From Octopus bimaculoides (taxonomy: Eukaryota): DNA of 49,500 nucleotides. Below the pieces are notes generated by a model that saw only the letters and a program-made list of their open reading frames with translations, did no database searches and had not been told where the DNA came from. Within the stretch, counting starts at the first letter, position 1. Each line of letters opens with the position of its first letter. Made by a program: the position numbers and the translations under genes. Below are positions 23,336-34,522 of this stretch, one piece after another. The stretch covers positions 112,333,204 through 112,382,703 of the forward strand of contig NC_068985.1 of the NCBI RefSeq assembly GCF_001194135.2, in the 5' to 3' direction.

Positions 23336-24255
23336 AATTTGAGGTCTAAATTTAGCTGCCACTCTGTGTGTTTTGAGTGGCCCGAAGCAGCTACTGTAAT
23401 TGAAACCGCATTCACCTGATTAAACAATAATCTAAACCTACATTAGAGATTTTTCTTTTCTTATTATTATTAATCTCGGAGCTTCAAAAGAACCATTAAA
23501 AATAGTTTGAACTGGGTTCTCATTTTCAAATGATGAAGCTAAGCTAAGCTAGCTGTCGGTCTGCCTGTCTGCCTNNNNNNNNNNNNNNNNNNNNNNNNNN
23601 NNNNNNNNNNNNNNNNNNNNNNNNNNNNNNNNNNNNNNNNNNNNNNNNNNNNNNNNNNNNNNNNNNNNNNNNNNNNNNNNNNNNNNNNNNNNNNNNNNNN
23701 NNNNNNNNNNNNNNNNNNNNNNNNNNNNNNNNNNNNNNNNNNNNNNNNNNNNNNNNNNNNNNNNNNNNNNNNNNNNNNNNNNNNNNNNNNNNNNNNNNNN
23801 NNNNNNNNNNNNNNNNNNNNNNNNNNNNNNNNNNNNNNNNNNNNNNNNNNNNNNNNNNNNNNNNNNNNNNNNNNNNNNNNNNNNNNNNNNNNNNNNNNNN
23901 NNNNNNNNNNNNNNNNNNNNNNNNNNNNNNNNNNNNNNNNNNNNNNNNNNNNNNNNNNNNNNNNNNNNNNNNNNNNNNNNNNNNNNNNNNNNNNNNNNNN
24001 NNNNNNNNNNNNNNNNNNNNNNNNTTTACAGAACATCCACCCAGCCTGGCACCAAACATACCCCTACCTCACATTTTCCTCCTTCCTTCCTTCCTTCTTG
24101 AAATTATTTGTACTTATTTTGTTTCGTTTATTTTGTTTTTGTTGTTTTCTTTTTTATGAGATATCCAATAGTGTTGAAACAGAAATTCTTCATGGCATTT
24201 GTCTATGTGTATGTGTGCACATGAAAGAGAGGTTTGGTGATGGAAGTTAACACTA

Positions 24256-24306
24256 AGAAGAAGAAGAAGAAGCAGAAGAAGACGAAGAAGAAGAAGAAGA
24301 AGAAGC
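24256..24306. repeat. (GAA)n microsatellite
   Basis: Directly visible. Confidence 0.9.
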
Positions 24307-24712
24307 AGTTCACACCTTAACGGAATACTGTTTGTTCAAGACAGAATAGACAAGATTTGGTTCCTTAAATATCTTTCTTCAGGTTTCATAAATAGCAAAA
24401 AGCGAAAGAATTACAATTAAATAGTCAGCTCTTAACAATTCTTTTACACATGTGTGTGTTTACTTGTATATAGGTTTATGTATCATCATCATGAGACACA
24501 CACACACACACACACGAGTGTGTGTGTGTGTATCTAATATATATATATATANNNNNNNNNNNNNNNNNNNNNNNNNNNNNNNNNNNNNNNNNNNNNNNNN
24601 NNNNNNNNNNNNNNNNNNNNNNNNNNNNNNNNNNNNNNNNNNNNNNNNNNNNNNNNNNNNNNNNNNNNNNNNNNNNNNNNNNNNNNNNNNNNNNNNNNNN
24701 NNNNNNNNNNNN

Positions 24713-24773
<61 letters not shown>

Positions 24774-24789
24774 CATTATCATTGCTGCC

Positions 24790-25110
24790 TTTTAATATAC
24801 ATCTTCCCTGCTGGCATGGGTAGAACAGTTTCACAGGATCCGATGAGGATGAGGACTGCATTTCACACCAATGTCTGCATTGATGTGGCTTCTATGGCTG
24901 GATGCCCTTCCTAATGTCAACACTCGACAGAATGGACTGTCGTTTTGTGGTACCAACACTAAAAGGATCACTATGTAGCTAGCAAGACGAGGAGCCCCTT
25001 TGACCGAGCAGGGCTAGTGGAGAGCGTGGCAACTTTATTCAAAGTGATGAGGGGATAAAGCAAGAAAGAAGAGGTTGGAACAGGTTTCTTCCCATAGAGA
25101 AGGTACACAC
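24790..25110 (-). mobile_element. Decayed retroposon 3' region carrying tail D plus upstream sequence; probable partner-LINE 3' UTR
   Basis: ttccctgctggcatggg..ggctggatgcccttcctaatgtcaac, followed by sequence unrelated to the SINE bodies. LINE identity is inferred. Confidence 0.45.
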
Positions 25111-25121
25111 AAAACACATCT

Positions 25122-25305
25122 TCATCATCATCTAATGTCTGCTTTCCATGCTGGCATGGATTGGACAGTTTCACAGGGGCTGGCTAGGCAGACGACTACA
25201 CCAGGCTTCACTGTCTGTTTTGGCATGTTTTTTTACAGCTGGATGCCCTTCCGAACACCAACAACCTCACAAAGGGAACTGAGTGATATTTATATGGCAC
25301 CAGCA
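25122..25305 (-). mobile_element. Tail-D retroposon fragment
   Basis: catcatcatctaatgtctgctttccatgctggcatgg..acagctggatgcccttcc. Confidence 0.75.
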
Positions 25306-25457
25306 CACATATCAATAGATACATCTACACACACATATATACATGTGTATGGTCCTCGGTTTCAATGATGACAACTGAGTTATTCAATTAACTGAATTAC
25401 CTGCTCCTGGATTAACAAGTAAGTGATTGGAAATTCCAGACATGTGTAAAGGACAAA

Positions 25458-25715
25458 ATGGGTAAAGACCCCCTTCATTCATGGATGACCATGAGATTGC
25501 ACCTAGAAAATTTCCCTCCGAGGCATAAGTCCGGGCAAGGTTGTTTATAGAAGACCAGCAGTCGTCCCCTCTGTAAGCCACCGATGTTATTCAAAGGAAA
25601 GTCAAAGGCTGATACAACTTGGCACCGGTGATGTTGCAACTCATTTTCTACAGCTGAGTGAACTGGAGCAATGTGAAATAAAGTGTCTTGCTCATGAACA
25701 CAGCACACAGCCCGG
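25458..25715 (-). mobile_element. SINE E-core + tail G, head truncated
   Basis: ggtaaagacccccttc..gcacctagaaaa..ttctacagctgagtgaactggagcaatgtgaaataaagtgtcttgctc. Confidence 0.85.
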
Positions 25716-25832
25716 TCTGTGACATGTGTACCCTTAATGCAATTCTCAGGCAGAACCGTCACCGACACACATTTACATATACTGCTACATGTTTTGTTTG
25801 GTGTGGTAATCTCTGCCAGTCCATCACCTAAA

Positions 25833-26048
25833 CCCTTAAGCATTCAGATTATCTTGTCAAATGCAATACTTATTCATTCACATTTGCCTTGAATTAATCC
25901 TGCATTGTGTTGAGATTTCGATGATGTGTTTGTTTACTCTTAGTATGACACTGTTAGGTAGTTGTGAAAAGCTGAATATAGCTAGTCTGTACATAATAAA
26001 ACAGGTAGAATATTTGAGCCAGATTTGGTCAGTTTAAATGCTAAAGGA
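25833..26048. mobile_element. piggyBac-type MITE (216 bp)
   Basis: TIRs cccttaagcatt and aatgctaaagga, flanked by TAAA and TTAA. A second partial copy is at 40851-41001. Confidence 0.7.
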
Positions 26049-26359
26049 TTAATCAGCTTCTGTTTTTCCATGCTGATCTAAGTTGGACAGTTCTACTACA
26101 CGAAATGTTGCCCTATCGATCTATTGGTCATTTGGGTAGTGAAGCCCAGTATCCCAAGATCTAAACACCAACCTCTTTCTTTGGTTTTTCCAATAACACA
26201 AGTACCATCACTCTATATTCCTCATGCACTTGAATAAATGCTTGATGAAGTACAAATACCCACCATATACTACAGTAGAAACATCATGATTAAACCCCAT
26301 CTTCCTGCTAAGTTAATAGCTTCCCGCTAAGTTCCTGCCTTATGTTAATAAATAAAAAA

Positions 26360-26586
26360 AATAATAATCCTTTCTATTATAGGCACAAGGCATGAAATTT
26401 AGGGGATGGGGATAGTCGATTACATTGCCCCTAGTGCGTAACTGGTACTTAATTTATTGACCCCCACCAAAGGATAAACGGCAAAGTAGACCTGGGCAGA
26501 ATTTGAACCCTGAATGTAAAGATAGATGAAATGTGGTTAAGCATTTTGTCCAGTGTGCTAACAATTCTTCCAGCTCACCACCTTTG
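26360..26586 (-). mobile_element. SINE family C, tail C2
   Basis: aataatcctttctattataggcacaagg..gaatttgaacc..ttccagctcaccacc. Confidence 0.85.
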
Positions 26587-26592
26587 ATGATG

Positions 26593-26624
<32 letters not shown>

Positions 26625-26648
26625 CATAATAAAAATAATAATAATGAT

Positions 26649-27040
26649 AGGTGCAGGAGTGGCTGTGTGGTAAGTAGCTTGCTTACCAACCACATGGTTC
26701 CGGGTTCAGTCCTACTGCGTAGCATCTTGGGCAAGTGTCTTCTACTATAGCCTTGGGCCGACCAAAGCCTTGTGAGTGGATTTGTTAGACGGAAACTGAA
26801 AGAAGCCCTTGTATATATGTATATGTATATGTGCGTTTGTGTGTCTGTGTTTGTCCCCCAACATCGCTTGACAACCGATGCTGGTGAGTTTAAGTGCCCC
26901 ATAACTTAGCGGTTCAGCAAAAGGAAACTGATGGAACGAGTGTTGGGCTTACAAAGAATGAGGCCTGGGGTTGATTTGCTCAACTAAAGGCGGTGCTCCA
27001 GCATAGCCACAGTCAAATGACTGAAACAGGTTAAACAGTT
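26649..27040 (+). mobile_element. SINE family A, full length
   Basis: Aligns to the 17336 copy end to end. Confidence 0.92.
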
Positions 27041-27109
27041 AATAATCGTTATTATTTAATGTTCACATTTCTAGGCTTGCATGGGTCACATAGGATTTGT
27101 TGAGGCAGA

Positions 27110-27266
27110 TACACACATATATATACAATGGCTTCTTTCAGTTTCTGTTGAACGAGCTCACACACAAGGCTTCGGTTGGCCCAGAGCCATAGCAGAAAAC
27201 ATTTGGCCAAGGTACTGTGCAGTGAGACTGGACCCAGGCTTATTAACCACTCAGCCACACCTGCTA
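27110..27266 (-). mobile_element. SINE family A 5' half, decayed
   Basis: ggcttctttcagtttc..cacaaggc..ccaaggtactgtgcagtgagactggaccc..cagccacacctgc. Confidence 0.7.
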
Positions 27267-27410
27267 CAATATATGAAAAAAATATTGGCCAAGAAAAGTA
27301 GAAAAGTGGCCCTTCTATTGATTTATGACTTATGATTTATGACTCACAATTTGACTTATGATTCATGTCATCTAAAATATTAACCAAATTGTTCTGAGTT
27401 TCAATTGTAG

Positions 27411-27793
27411 TTGTTGGCACTCCGTTGCTTACGACGTCGAGGGTTCCAGTTGATCCGATCAATGGAACAGCTTGCTCGTGAAATTAACGTGCAAGTGGCT
27501 GAGCACTCCACAGACACGTGTACCCTTAACACAGTTCTCGGGGATATTCAGCGTGACATAGTGTGACAAGGCTGACTCTTTGAATTACAGGCACAACAGA
27601 AACAGGAAGTAAGAATGAGAGAAAGTTGTGGTGAAAGAGTACAGCAGTGTTCGCCACCATCCCCTGCCGGAGCCTCGTGGAGCTTGAGGTGTTTTCGCTC
27701 AATAAACACTCACAATGCCCGCTCTGGGAATTGAAACCGCAATCCTATGACCGCGAGTCCGCTGCCCTAACTACTGGGCCATTGCGCCTCCAC
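27411..27793 (-). mobile_element. tRNA-derived SINE family F, full length, young
   Basis: Minus-strand head gtggaggcgcaatggcccagtagttagggc..ggtttcaattccc; tail ..gacgtcgtaagcaacggagtgccaacaa. An 11-bp TSD ttcaattgtag lies at 27400-27410 and 27794-27804. Confidence 0.92.
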
Positions 27794-28591
27794 TTCAATT
27801 GTAGGAGGAACAACTTAACCTTCTGCATTAGGTAGTCAAATACCAGTAATATCCTTGAGGTCATTCAACTGACTGAATTTCATGTTGTGATAAGATTGTT
27901 TATGAGCAGAGTAAAAGCCAGACTAGCTTCAAGACACTCACTCTAACGACTTTATGTCTTAATTACAATTAATTCTGCAGCTTCAGGCAATAACAATCAA
28001 CATAACACTATATCAATGCCAAAACATCAACAATAACAACAACAACAACAGAAAGTTGTAGCTCGTTAGTCAACATTAGCTAATTAACTTTATTTATTTT
28101 AGCTAGATCATCATCAGTAATTTGTAGAGCATTAACCCTTTATATAACAGATCTGGATGGCGGAAAGCAGCAGTGGAGGGAGAGAGGGAGGGAGAGACAA
28201 AGAGAGAAAGAGAAAAAGAAAGAAAGAGAGAGAGAGACTGTGTGTGTGTGTATATGAGCACATATACATACACACACAGATAATTATAGCAGACTCCACA
28301 CACACATTAACAAACACACCTCATTTTTCCACAGAAACACAAATACTGCACAAAAACACTACACACACATAGCATTAGAGTCTCTTCTGTCTCTTTCTTT
28401 AGTGTATTTATCTTCATTCTACACTTGTTTGATTGTTGTTTTTTTCACTTTGTATTTCTATACTTTTTCAGTCACATACATTCACTTGTCTGACTCCATG
28501 ACTTATCTGTTTGTCTTCTCTTCACCTCATTCTTATTCACATTATCTGGCTGATTTGTGTGTGCGGTATGTAGTATATATATATATATTAT

Positions 28592-28862
28592 AGGTATAGG
28601 CGTAGATGTGTGGTAAGTTTGTTCTCAGCCACATTGTTTCAGGTTCAGTCCTGTTGAAGGGCACCTTGGACAAATGTTTTCTATAGCACCAGATCAAAGT
28701 TTTGTTAGTAGATTTGGTAGATAGAAATTGGAAGAATCCCATCATGTATATATGAGTATATGAGTGAGTGTGTGTATGCTTGTGTATCATTGTCTTATCA
28801 CATGATAGTTGTAAATGATTGTCACTTTCATATAAGCAATGTCATTCATCTCCGATATTTTG
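28592..28862 (+). mobile_element. SINE head A + start of tail B, decayed
   Basis: aggttcagtcc..ccttggacaaat..gatagttgtaaatgattgtcac. Confidence 0.65.
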
Positions 28863-28883
28863 TTTAACTATAGAAAAATATTA

Positions 28884-29235
28884 AAGGGTAAATCGTAAAT
28901 GGTAGAGACCCCCTCCAGTCATGAATGACAATGGGAGTGCACCTAGAAAGTTACCCTTCGAGTCACAAGTCCAGGCAAAGTAGTTTTATGGAAGACCAAT
29001 GGTCGCCTGTGCATACCAGCCTCCACTCTCCATGCCACCGATGTTATCCAAGTGAAAGGCAAAGACTGATACAGTTTTGCATCAGTGACATCACAATTCA
29101 TTTCTACAGCTAAGCAGACTGGAGCAGCATGAAAAAGTGACTTGCTCAAGAACACAACACACAGACTGGTCTGGGAATAGAACTCACTACTTCATGATTG
29201 TGAGCCTGATGCTCTCACCACTGAGCCATACACGT
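28884..29235 (-). mobile_element. SINE head E + tail G, full length
   Basis: Aligns to the 21838 copy. Confidence 0.85.
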
Positions 29236-29249
29236 TCACAATGGAGAAA

Positions 29250-29375
29250 TATCACATTTTTTTGGAAACAGGTGAAGTTTATTTTTATCGCAAAAGAAAT
29301 GGCATCCAGCTGTAGGAAATCAGCTTCATTAAACTCCTTATTCATACAAGAATGGAAAAGTGGCTGTTACACTGT
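29250..29375 (+). mobile_element. Tail B fragment
   Basis: ggaaacaggtga..ggcatccagctgtag..catacaagaatggaaaagtgg. Confidence 0.6.
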
Positions 29376-29527
29376 CCCCACATATACATTTGGGTACACA
29401 AAAGGGAGTCAGTTATAGAGTTTCTGCTTTTGGTGTGATTGTTCAAGCAACATAGAGGCTTTGCCCTTCACAAGCACACCTCATTTGCCAAGATTAAAAC
29501 TCCATCACCCAAAGGATTTCATGCAGC

Positions 29528-29640
29528 TGGTTGGACCAAGGCTACAGAAGACACATGCCTAAGGTGCTACGCAGTGGGACAGAACCCTGAACCATGTGGC
29601 TGGGAAGGAAGCTTCTTACCACAAAGCCACGACTGCACCA
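29528..29640 (-). mobile_element. SINE family A head
   Basis: cctaaggtgctacgcagtgggacagaacc..cttcttaccacaaagccac. Confidence 0.75.
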
Positions 29641-29854
29641 ATATGTTTTTGGAAACACAGGCATGCACCTCATAGAGTGAAATACAAACTAGCAGGAAAC
29701 TGTTGGAAGCACACACACACACACACACACACACGCGCATATCTGTACCATACATAGTCAGAAGCTTCTACACGCATGCATGTGTATACATTTGTCCACA
29801 TATTCAATGGTGAAGACACATACACAGAAATACATAAGAAATGCATGCATATAT

Positions 29855-30243
29855 ATTCTTTTATTCTTTTACTTGTTTCAGTCATTTGACTGTGGCCATG
29901 CTGGAGCACTGCCTTTAGTCGAGCAGATCGACCCCAAGACTTATTCTTTGTAAGCCTAGTACTTATTCTATTGGTCTCTTTTGCTGAACCGCTAAGTTAC
30001 GGGGACGTAAACACACTAGCATCGGTTGTCAAGCGATGTTGGAGGGGCGGGGGCAAACACAGACACACACATATATACGACGGGCTTCTTTCAGTTTCCA
30101 TGTACCAAATCCACTCACAAGGCTTTGGTCGGCCCGAGGCTCTAGTAGAAGACACTTTGCCCAAGGTGCTATGCAGTGGGAATGAACCCGGGACCATGTG
30201 GTTGGTAAGCAAGGTACTTACCACACAGCCACTCCTGTGCCTA
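29855..30243 (-). mobile_element. SINE family A, full length (left arm of an inverted pair)
   Basis: The reverse complement aligns to 30360-30768. Confidence 0.92.
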
Positions 30244-30359
30244 TAACTTATATTCTATATATCTAACTTATATTCGATCATATGCAAATACACATACATA
30301 CACCTTTGTAACCATATATGCATAAACACACATGTACTCACACAGAAATGCAACTATAC

Positions 30360-30768
30360 AGGCGCAGGAGTGGCTGTGTGGTAAGTAGCTTGCTTACCAA
30401 CTACATGGTTCCGGGTTCATTCCCACAGCATGGCAGCTTGGGCAAATGTCTTCTACTATAGCCTCGGGCCGACCAAAGCCTTGTGAGTGGATTTGGTAGA
30501 CGGAAACTGAAAGAAGCTCATCGTATATATGGATATATATATATATGTATGTGCATGTATATGTTTGTGTGTTTGTGTTTGTCCCCCCAACATCGCTTGA
30601 CAACCGATGCTGGTGTGTTTATGTCCCCCGTAACTTAGCGGTTCAGCAAAAGAGAACGATAGAATAAGTACTAGGCATCCAAAGGATAAGTCCTGGGTTC
30701 GATTTTCTCGACTAAAGGTGGTGCTCCAGCATGGCCGCAGTCAAATGACTGAAACAAGTAAAAGAGTA
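30360..30768 (+). mobile_element. SINE family A, full length (right arm of an inverted pair)
   Basis: ggcgcaggagtggctgtgtgg..gaaacaagtaaaagag. Confidence 0.92.
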
Positions 30769-30789
30769 TACATTTAATGATAAGAGTCC

Positions 30790-31040
30790 GCAAGGGAGCT
30801 TGTGTGTGGTCATTCTGCTTGATAGAAACAACAACTAAATCTCCCATAAACCCCACTCTACAGTCATAAGATACAATAATATACTGTAATATGGAACTGC
30901 TCCATGTCAAACTATCCAACCCATGCCAGCATAGAAAGCAGATGTTAAATGATGATGAATGTGGTTGGAATACATCTGCTTATAGTTTTGCTGGATCAGG
31001 AGTGACCTAGGGTTAAAGAACAGCGACGACGACGACAACT
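30790..31040 (+). mobile_element. Family J copy with an embedded tail-D fragment (about 30920-30960)
   Basis: ctgcttgatagaaac..aaatctccc..[ccaacccatgccagcatagaaagcagatgttaaatgatgatg]..gacctagggttaaag. Confidence 0.55.
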
Positions 31041-31489
31041 ATACTCATGTGTCTAGATACACTGACATATGTACACCTATATATGTAATGATACACACAT
31101 ATTAACACATGCATACATACAACCTCATGCACTTATACCCATACATGCAAACATACATGCATGTACGCCTATCCACACATGCGTACAAACCTACACCCAC
31201 ATGCGTACACATACATTTTTAAACATACATATACAAACACACATACCTACACATGCATGCATACATACATACACACACACCCACAAGTACATATACCACA
31301 TACATACATGCATGTATGCCTACACACACATACATACATACATACAAACATATGCATGCATGCCTACACACACACACGAACACATGCATGTATGCCCCCC
31401 CCACACACGAACACATGCATGCCTACACACACACATACACACACGAACACATATGCATGCATGCCTACACAATCATACATACATAAACA

Positions 31490-31523
<34 letters not shown>

Positions 31524-31594
31524 AGAAGCTAATAAAATGGAATCAACATTTTTATTAAGAACCAACTCCTTGAAGGTTTCCAAACTACCCTGTC

Positions 31595-31634
31595 TGGCAC
31601 GGTGCCATGTTGACCTTTGGTGGCAAGGCGCCAA
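31595..31634. promoter_or_regulatory. Putative enhancer motif cluster: two NFI-type sites flanking a nuclear-receptor element
   Basis: TGGCAcggTGCCA at 31595-31607, TGACCTTTG at 31611-31619 and TGGCaaggcGCCAA at 31621-31634, all in unique sequence. Motif match only. Confidence 0.3.
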
Positions 31635-32251
31635 TCCAATTAAACCAACTGGCCAGGTTAACACTACCCACCCACACACCTGCTCCACTCCACCACCCAC
31701 ACCTGTAACAACTGCCCACTCCTTGCCAAGGCAGGCAAACCTTGTAGCAATCTACCCACAACTAATTCTTACAATAAGCCACAACATGGTTTTTGGAAAT
31801 GTGTACACAAACTCATATGCACGCATACACATACACGTCCGTGCATGCGCATGCATGAATAGGCAGACAAATACACATATTGTCTGCACTTTGTGTGCTC
31901 AATGGGAACAGAAGATATTCACTTGGTTACCAAAGTAGACCATTATGTGCGTTTAACCAACTGTCCACTTATTGTTGTGAATGCACGTATATGTGTGTGT
32001 ATGTATACACACACACAAGAACATATACATACATTCAAGCAATTATATACACACATTTACAAAGAAATTATGGGTTGCACTAGTGATAATATTGCAGAAT
32101 ACATGCATATATGTACATAGACACGTATGAATGTAAGTATACATGCATGTATATATGTATATATGAATGAGTGTGTGTGTCATGAATTCGTAAAGGCAGG
32201 GTTTCTTTGCTAAATCATTCAATGTGCAAAATACAACTATTTGCTTTACAG

Positions 32252-32309
32252 TTATCTTTAACTTATATAGAATCATTTTGGAGTTTACTGGCCTCTGTGA
32301 CAATGATTT
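32252..32309 (+). CDS. Weak candidate internal exon, unknown product
   Basis: Acceptor ctatttgctttacag, donor TTT|gtgaat, 58 nt. Two frames are open (LSLTYIESFWSLLASVTMI or IFNLYRIILEFTGLCDND). Confidence 0.2.
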
Positions 32310-32496
32310 GTGAATTTTCCTAAACACACACAATACATTTTGAAATCCTGTGCTGGTTTGCACATGTAATAAAAATTGGGCAGTGAAGTGCTCTGCGGAA
32401 AAGGGGCAGAGAGTGTGTGTGTGTGTGTGTGTGTAAGTTGTAGTAAGAGATATATTATAAGATATGAAGGTAGTGTGTTCAGGCTCAAGATATTGG

Positions 32497-32895
32497 GCAT
32501 TTCTGTTTTGTTTGTCTCTACGTTCTGAGTTCAAATTCCACCGAGGTCGACTTTGCCTTTCATTCTTTCAGGGTTGATAAATTAAGTACCAGTTGCATAC
32601 TGGGGTTGATCTAATCGACTGGCCCTCTCCCCCAAAATTTTGAGCCTTGTGCCCAAAGTAGAAAAGAATATTTAAGGCAGTGAGCTGGCAGAAAGGTTAG
32701 CATGCTGGGCGAAATGCTTAGCGGTATTTCGTCTTTCTTTATGTTCTGAGTTCAAATTCTGCCATGGTTGAATTTGCCTTTCATCCATTCAGGGTCGATA
32801 AATTAAGTACCAGTTGCATACTGGAGTCGATCTAATAGACTTCCCCCCCCCAAAAAAAAAAAATCGGGCCTTGTGCCTAGAGTAGAAAAGATATT
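32497..32895 (+). mobile_element. Two head-to-tail SINE family C copies (tail C2); the first is 5'-degraded
   Basis: gttctgagttcaaattc at about 32522 and 32744; second head aaggcagtgagctggcag at 32673. Confidence 0.88.
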
Positions 32896-33040
32896 GGGCG
32901 TTACAGAAAATGGTACCGACTCAGTATGAAATGTTGTGAAGATATACTGCAATAGAAGGTTGGTCTGACGCATGTCAATGTTGAAAAACAGATGTTAAAC
33001 CTATTTTGTTTGCATTCTTCTTTGTAATAATTCATTTCAG

Positions 33041-33076
33041 CTCTTGATTCATGGCCAAAGAATGGTACAGAACTTG
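33041..33076 (+). CDS. Candidate 36-nt micro-exon, unknown product
   Basis: Long pyrimidine tract ..ttcttctttgtaataattcatttcag|, donor TTG|GTGAGG, length divisible by 3. Open as LLIHGQRMVQNL (phase 0) or xLDSWPKNGTEL (phase 1). No homology recognised. Confidence 0.4.
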
Positions 33077-33344
33077 GTGAGGTTTGAGTCCATTTCAACA
33101 TAATATTTTGGTACAATTACCAAAAACACACATTAAAATACAGATTAGACATCACAAAATGCAGTGAATGGCTTTCTAATAGGTTTGAATATGTCTCACA
33201 TTTATTTGAACTGATAACAAAGTTTATATACAATACGCATTGTAGTTGCCACACCCTATATCAGTCCTTATAAAGCTGACCTATGGTCAATAACACTCCA
33301 GCTTTGACCATTTCTCTGTTTATACTGACATAGTACAGGGTGAG

Positions 33345-33579
33345 TGGAGGCGCAATGGCCCAGTGGTTAGGGCAGCGGACTCGTGGTCATAGGATCGCAG
33401 TTTCGATTCCCAGACAGGGCGTTGTGAGTGTTTATTGAGCGAAAACACCTAAAGCTCCACGAGGCTCCAACAGGGGATGGTGGTGAACCCTGCTGAACTC
33501 TTTCACCACAACTTTCTCTCACTCTTACTTCCTGTTTCTGTTGTGCCTGTAATTCATCGTAAGTGCCAGCAAGCAAGCA
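33345..33579 (+). mobile_element. SINE family F with internal deletions and a (GCAA)n tail
   Basis: Head nearly identical to the 27411 copy. A 13-bp TSD agtacagggtgag lies at 33332-33344 and 33580-33592. Confidence 0.9.
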
Positions 33580-33582
33580 AGT

Positions 33583-33615
33583 ACAGGGTGAGACAGAAAA
33601 ATCGCACATATTTCA
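33583..33615 (+). mobile_element. Possible Tc1/mariner left TIR
   Basis: TA|CAGGGTGAGACAGAAAAATCGCAC. The partner TIR is not found. Confidence 0.35.
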
Positions 33616-33789
33616 GAAGGCCATTGGTGTGGTGCCAGTAAAGTTAGGCCAGTAAAGATGCTGTGACATCTGTGGGTGCCTGTGTGCTTCCAGCTTTGGA
33701 CTGCGGAGTAACATCCACGCTCATCACCAAGAACACAGATTTTGCCATCATCGGACACTGATCAATAGCAATGAAATTTATGATAAAAG

Positions 33790-34030
33790 TAATCTATGTG
33801 ATATATAACAGTACTATACGTATGTATAATAAAGGTACTCAGTGTAATAAATAACCTTACTCTATGTAATATATAGTAAAGGTACTCTAATATATAACAA
33901 AGGTAGTCTAAAGGCACTCTATGTAATATATAACAACAGCATTCTGTGTAATGTGTAATAATGGTACTCTAACACAGAGAAGGTACTCATTGTAATAATA
34001 ATGGTACTCTATAGTACATAACAGTACTCT
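33790..34030. repeat. Degenerate 20-25-bp minisatellite (aaggtactctatgtaatatataa)
   Basis: ggtactc anchors recur about 9 times. Confidence 0.75.
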
Positions 34031-34074
34031 CACTATCATCATCTAACATCAATGTTCCCCACTGGTAAGGGTTG

Positions 34075-34522
34075 AACTTGATGTAAAGAGCACCGTCCGA
34101 GCGTGACCGTTGCCAGAGCAGCTGTCTGGCTTCCGTGCCGGTGGCATGTAAATAGCACCATTTGAGCGTGATCGTTACCAACGTCACCTTCCTGGCACTT
34201 GTGCCAGTGGCACATGAAAAGACATCCGAGCGAGGTCATTGCCAGTGCCACTGGACTGGCTCCTGTGCAGGTGGCACGTAAAATACAACATTTCGAGCAT
34301 GGCCGTTGCCAGTACCGCCTGACTGGCCTTCGTGCTGGTGGCACGTAAAAGCACCGACTACACTCTCGGAGTGGTTGGCGTTAGGAAGGGCATCCAGCTG
34401 TAGAAACTCTGCCAAATCAGATTGGAGCCTGGTGTAGCCACCTAGCTCACCAGTCCTCAGTCAAATCGGCCAACCCATGCTAGCATGGAAAGCAGACGCT
34501 AAACAATGATGATGATGATGAA
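34075..34522 (+). mobile_element. Family D retroposon with an internal VNTR of about 65 bp (4-5 units) and a (GAT)n tail
   Basis: tggcacgtaaaa-like anchors at 34142, 34208, 34272 and 34339, then ggaagggcatccagc..catgctagcatggaaagc. Confidence 0.88.

Noticed and set aside
28472-28565. Strong acceptor and donor pair on the plus strand
   Set aside because: The enclosed sequence is itself a low-complexity pyrimidine/TG tract and is likely a pseudo-exon.
31069-31938. 289-aa ORF, the longest without Ns
   Set aside because: The first 150 codons are CA/TA microsatellite. The remainder has no recognisable domain or splice structure.
33790-34360. Regularly spaced repeats that might suggest a CRISPR-like array (also 8515-9040 and 38060-38395)
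   Set aside because: The context is eukaryotic, the repeats are degenerate, the spacers are homologous to one another, and there are no cas genes.
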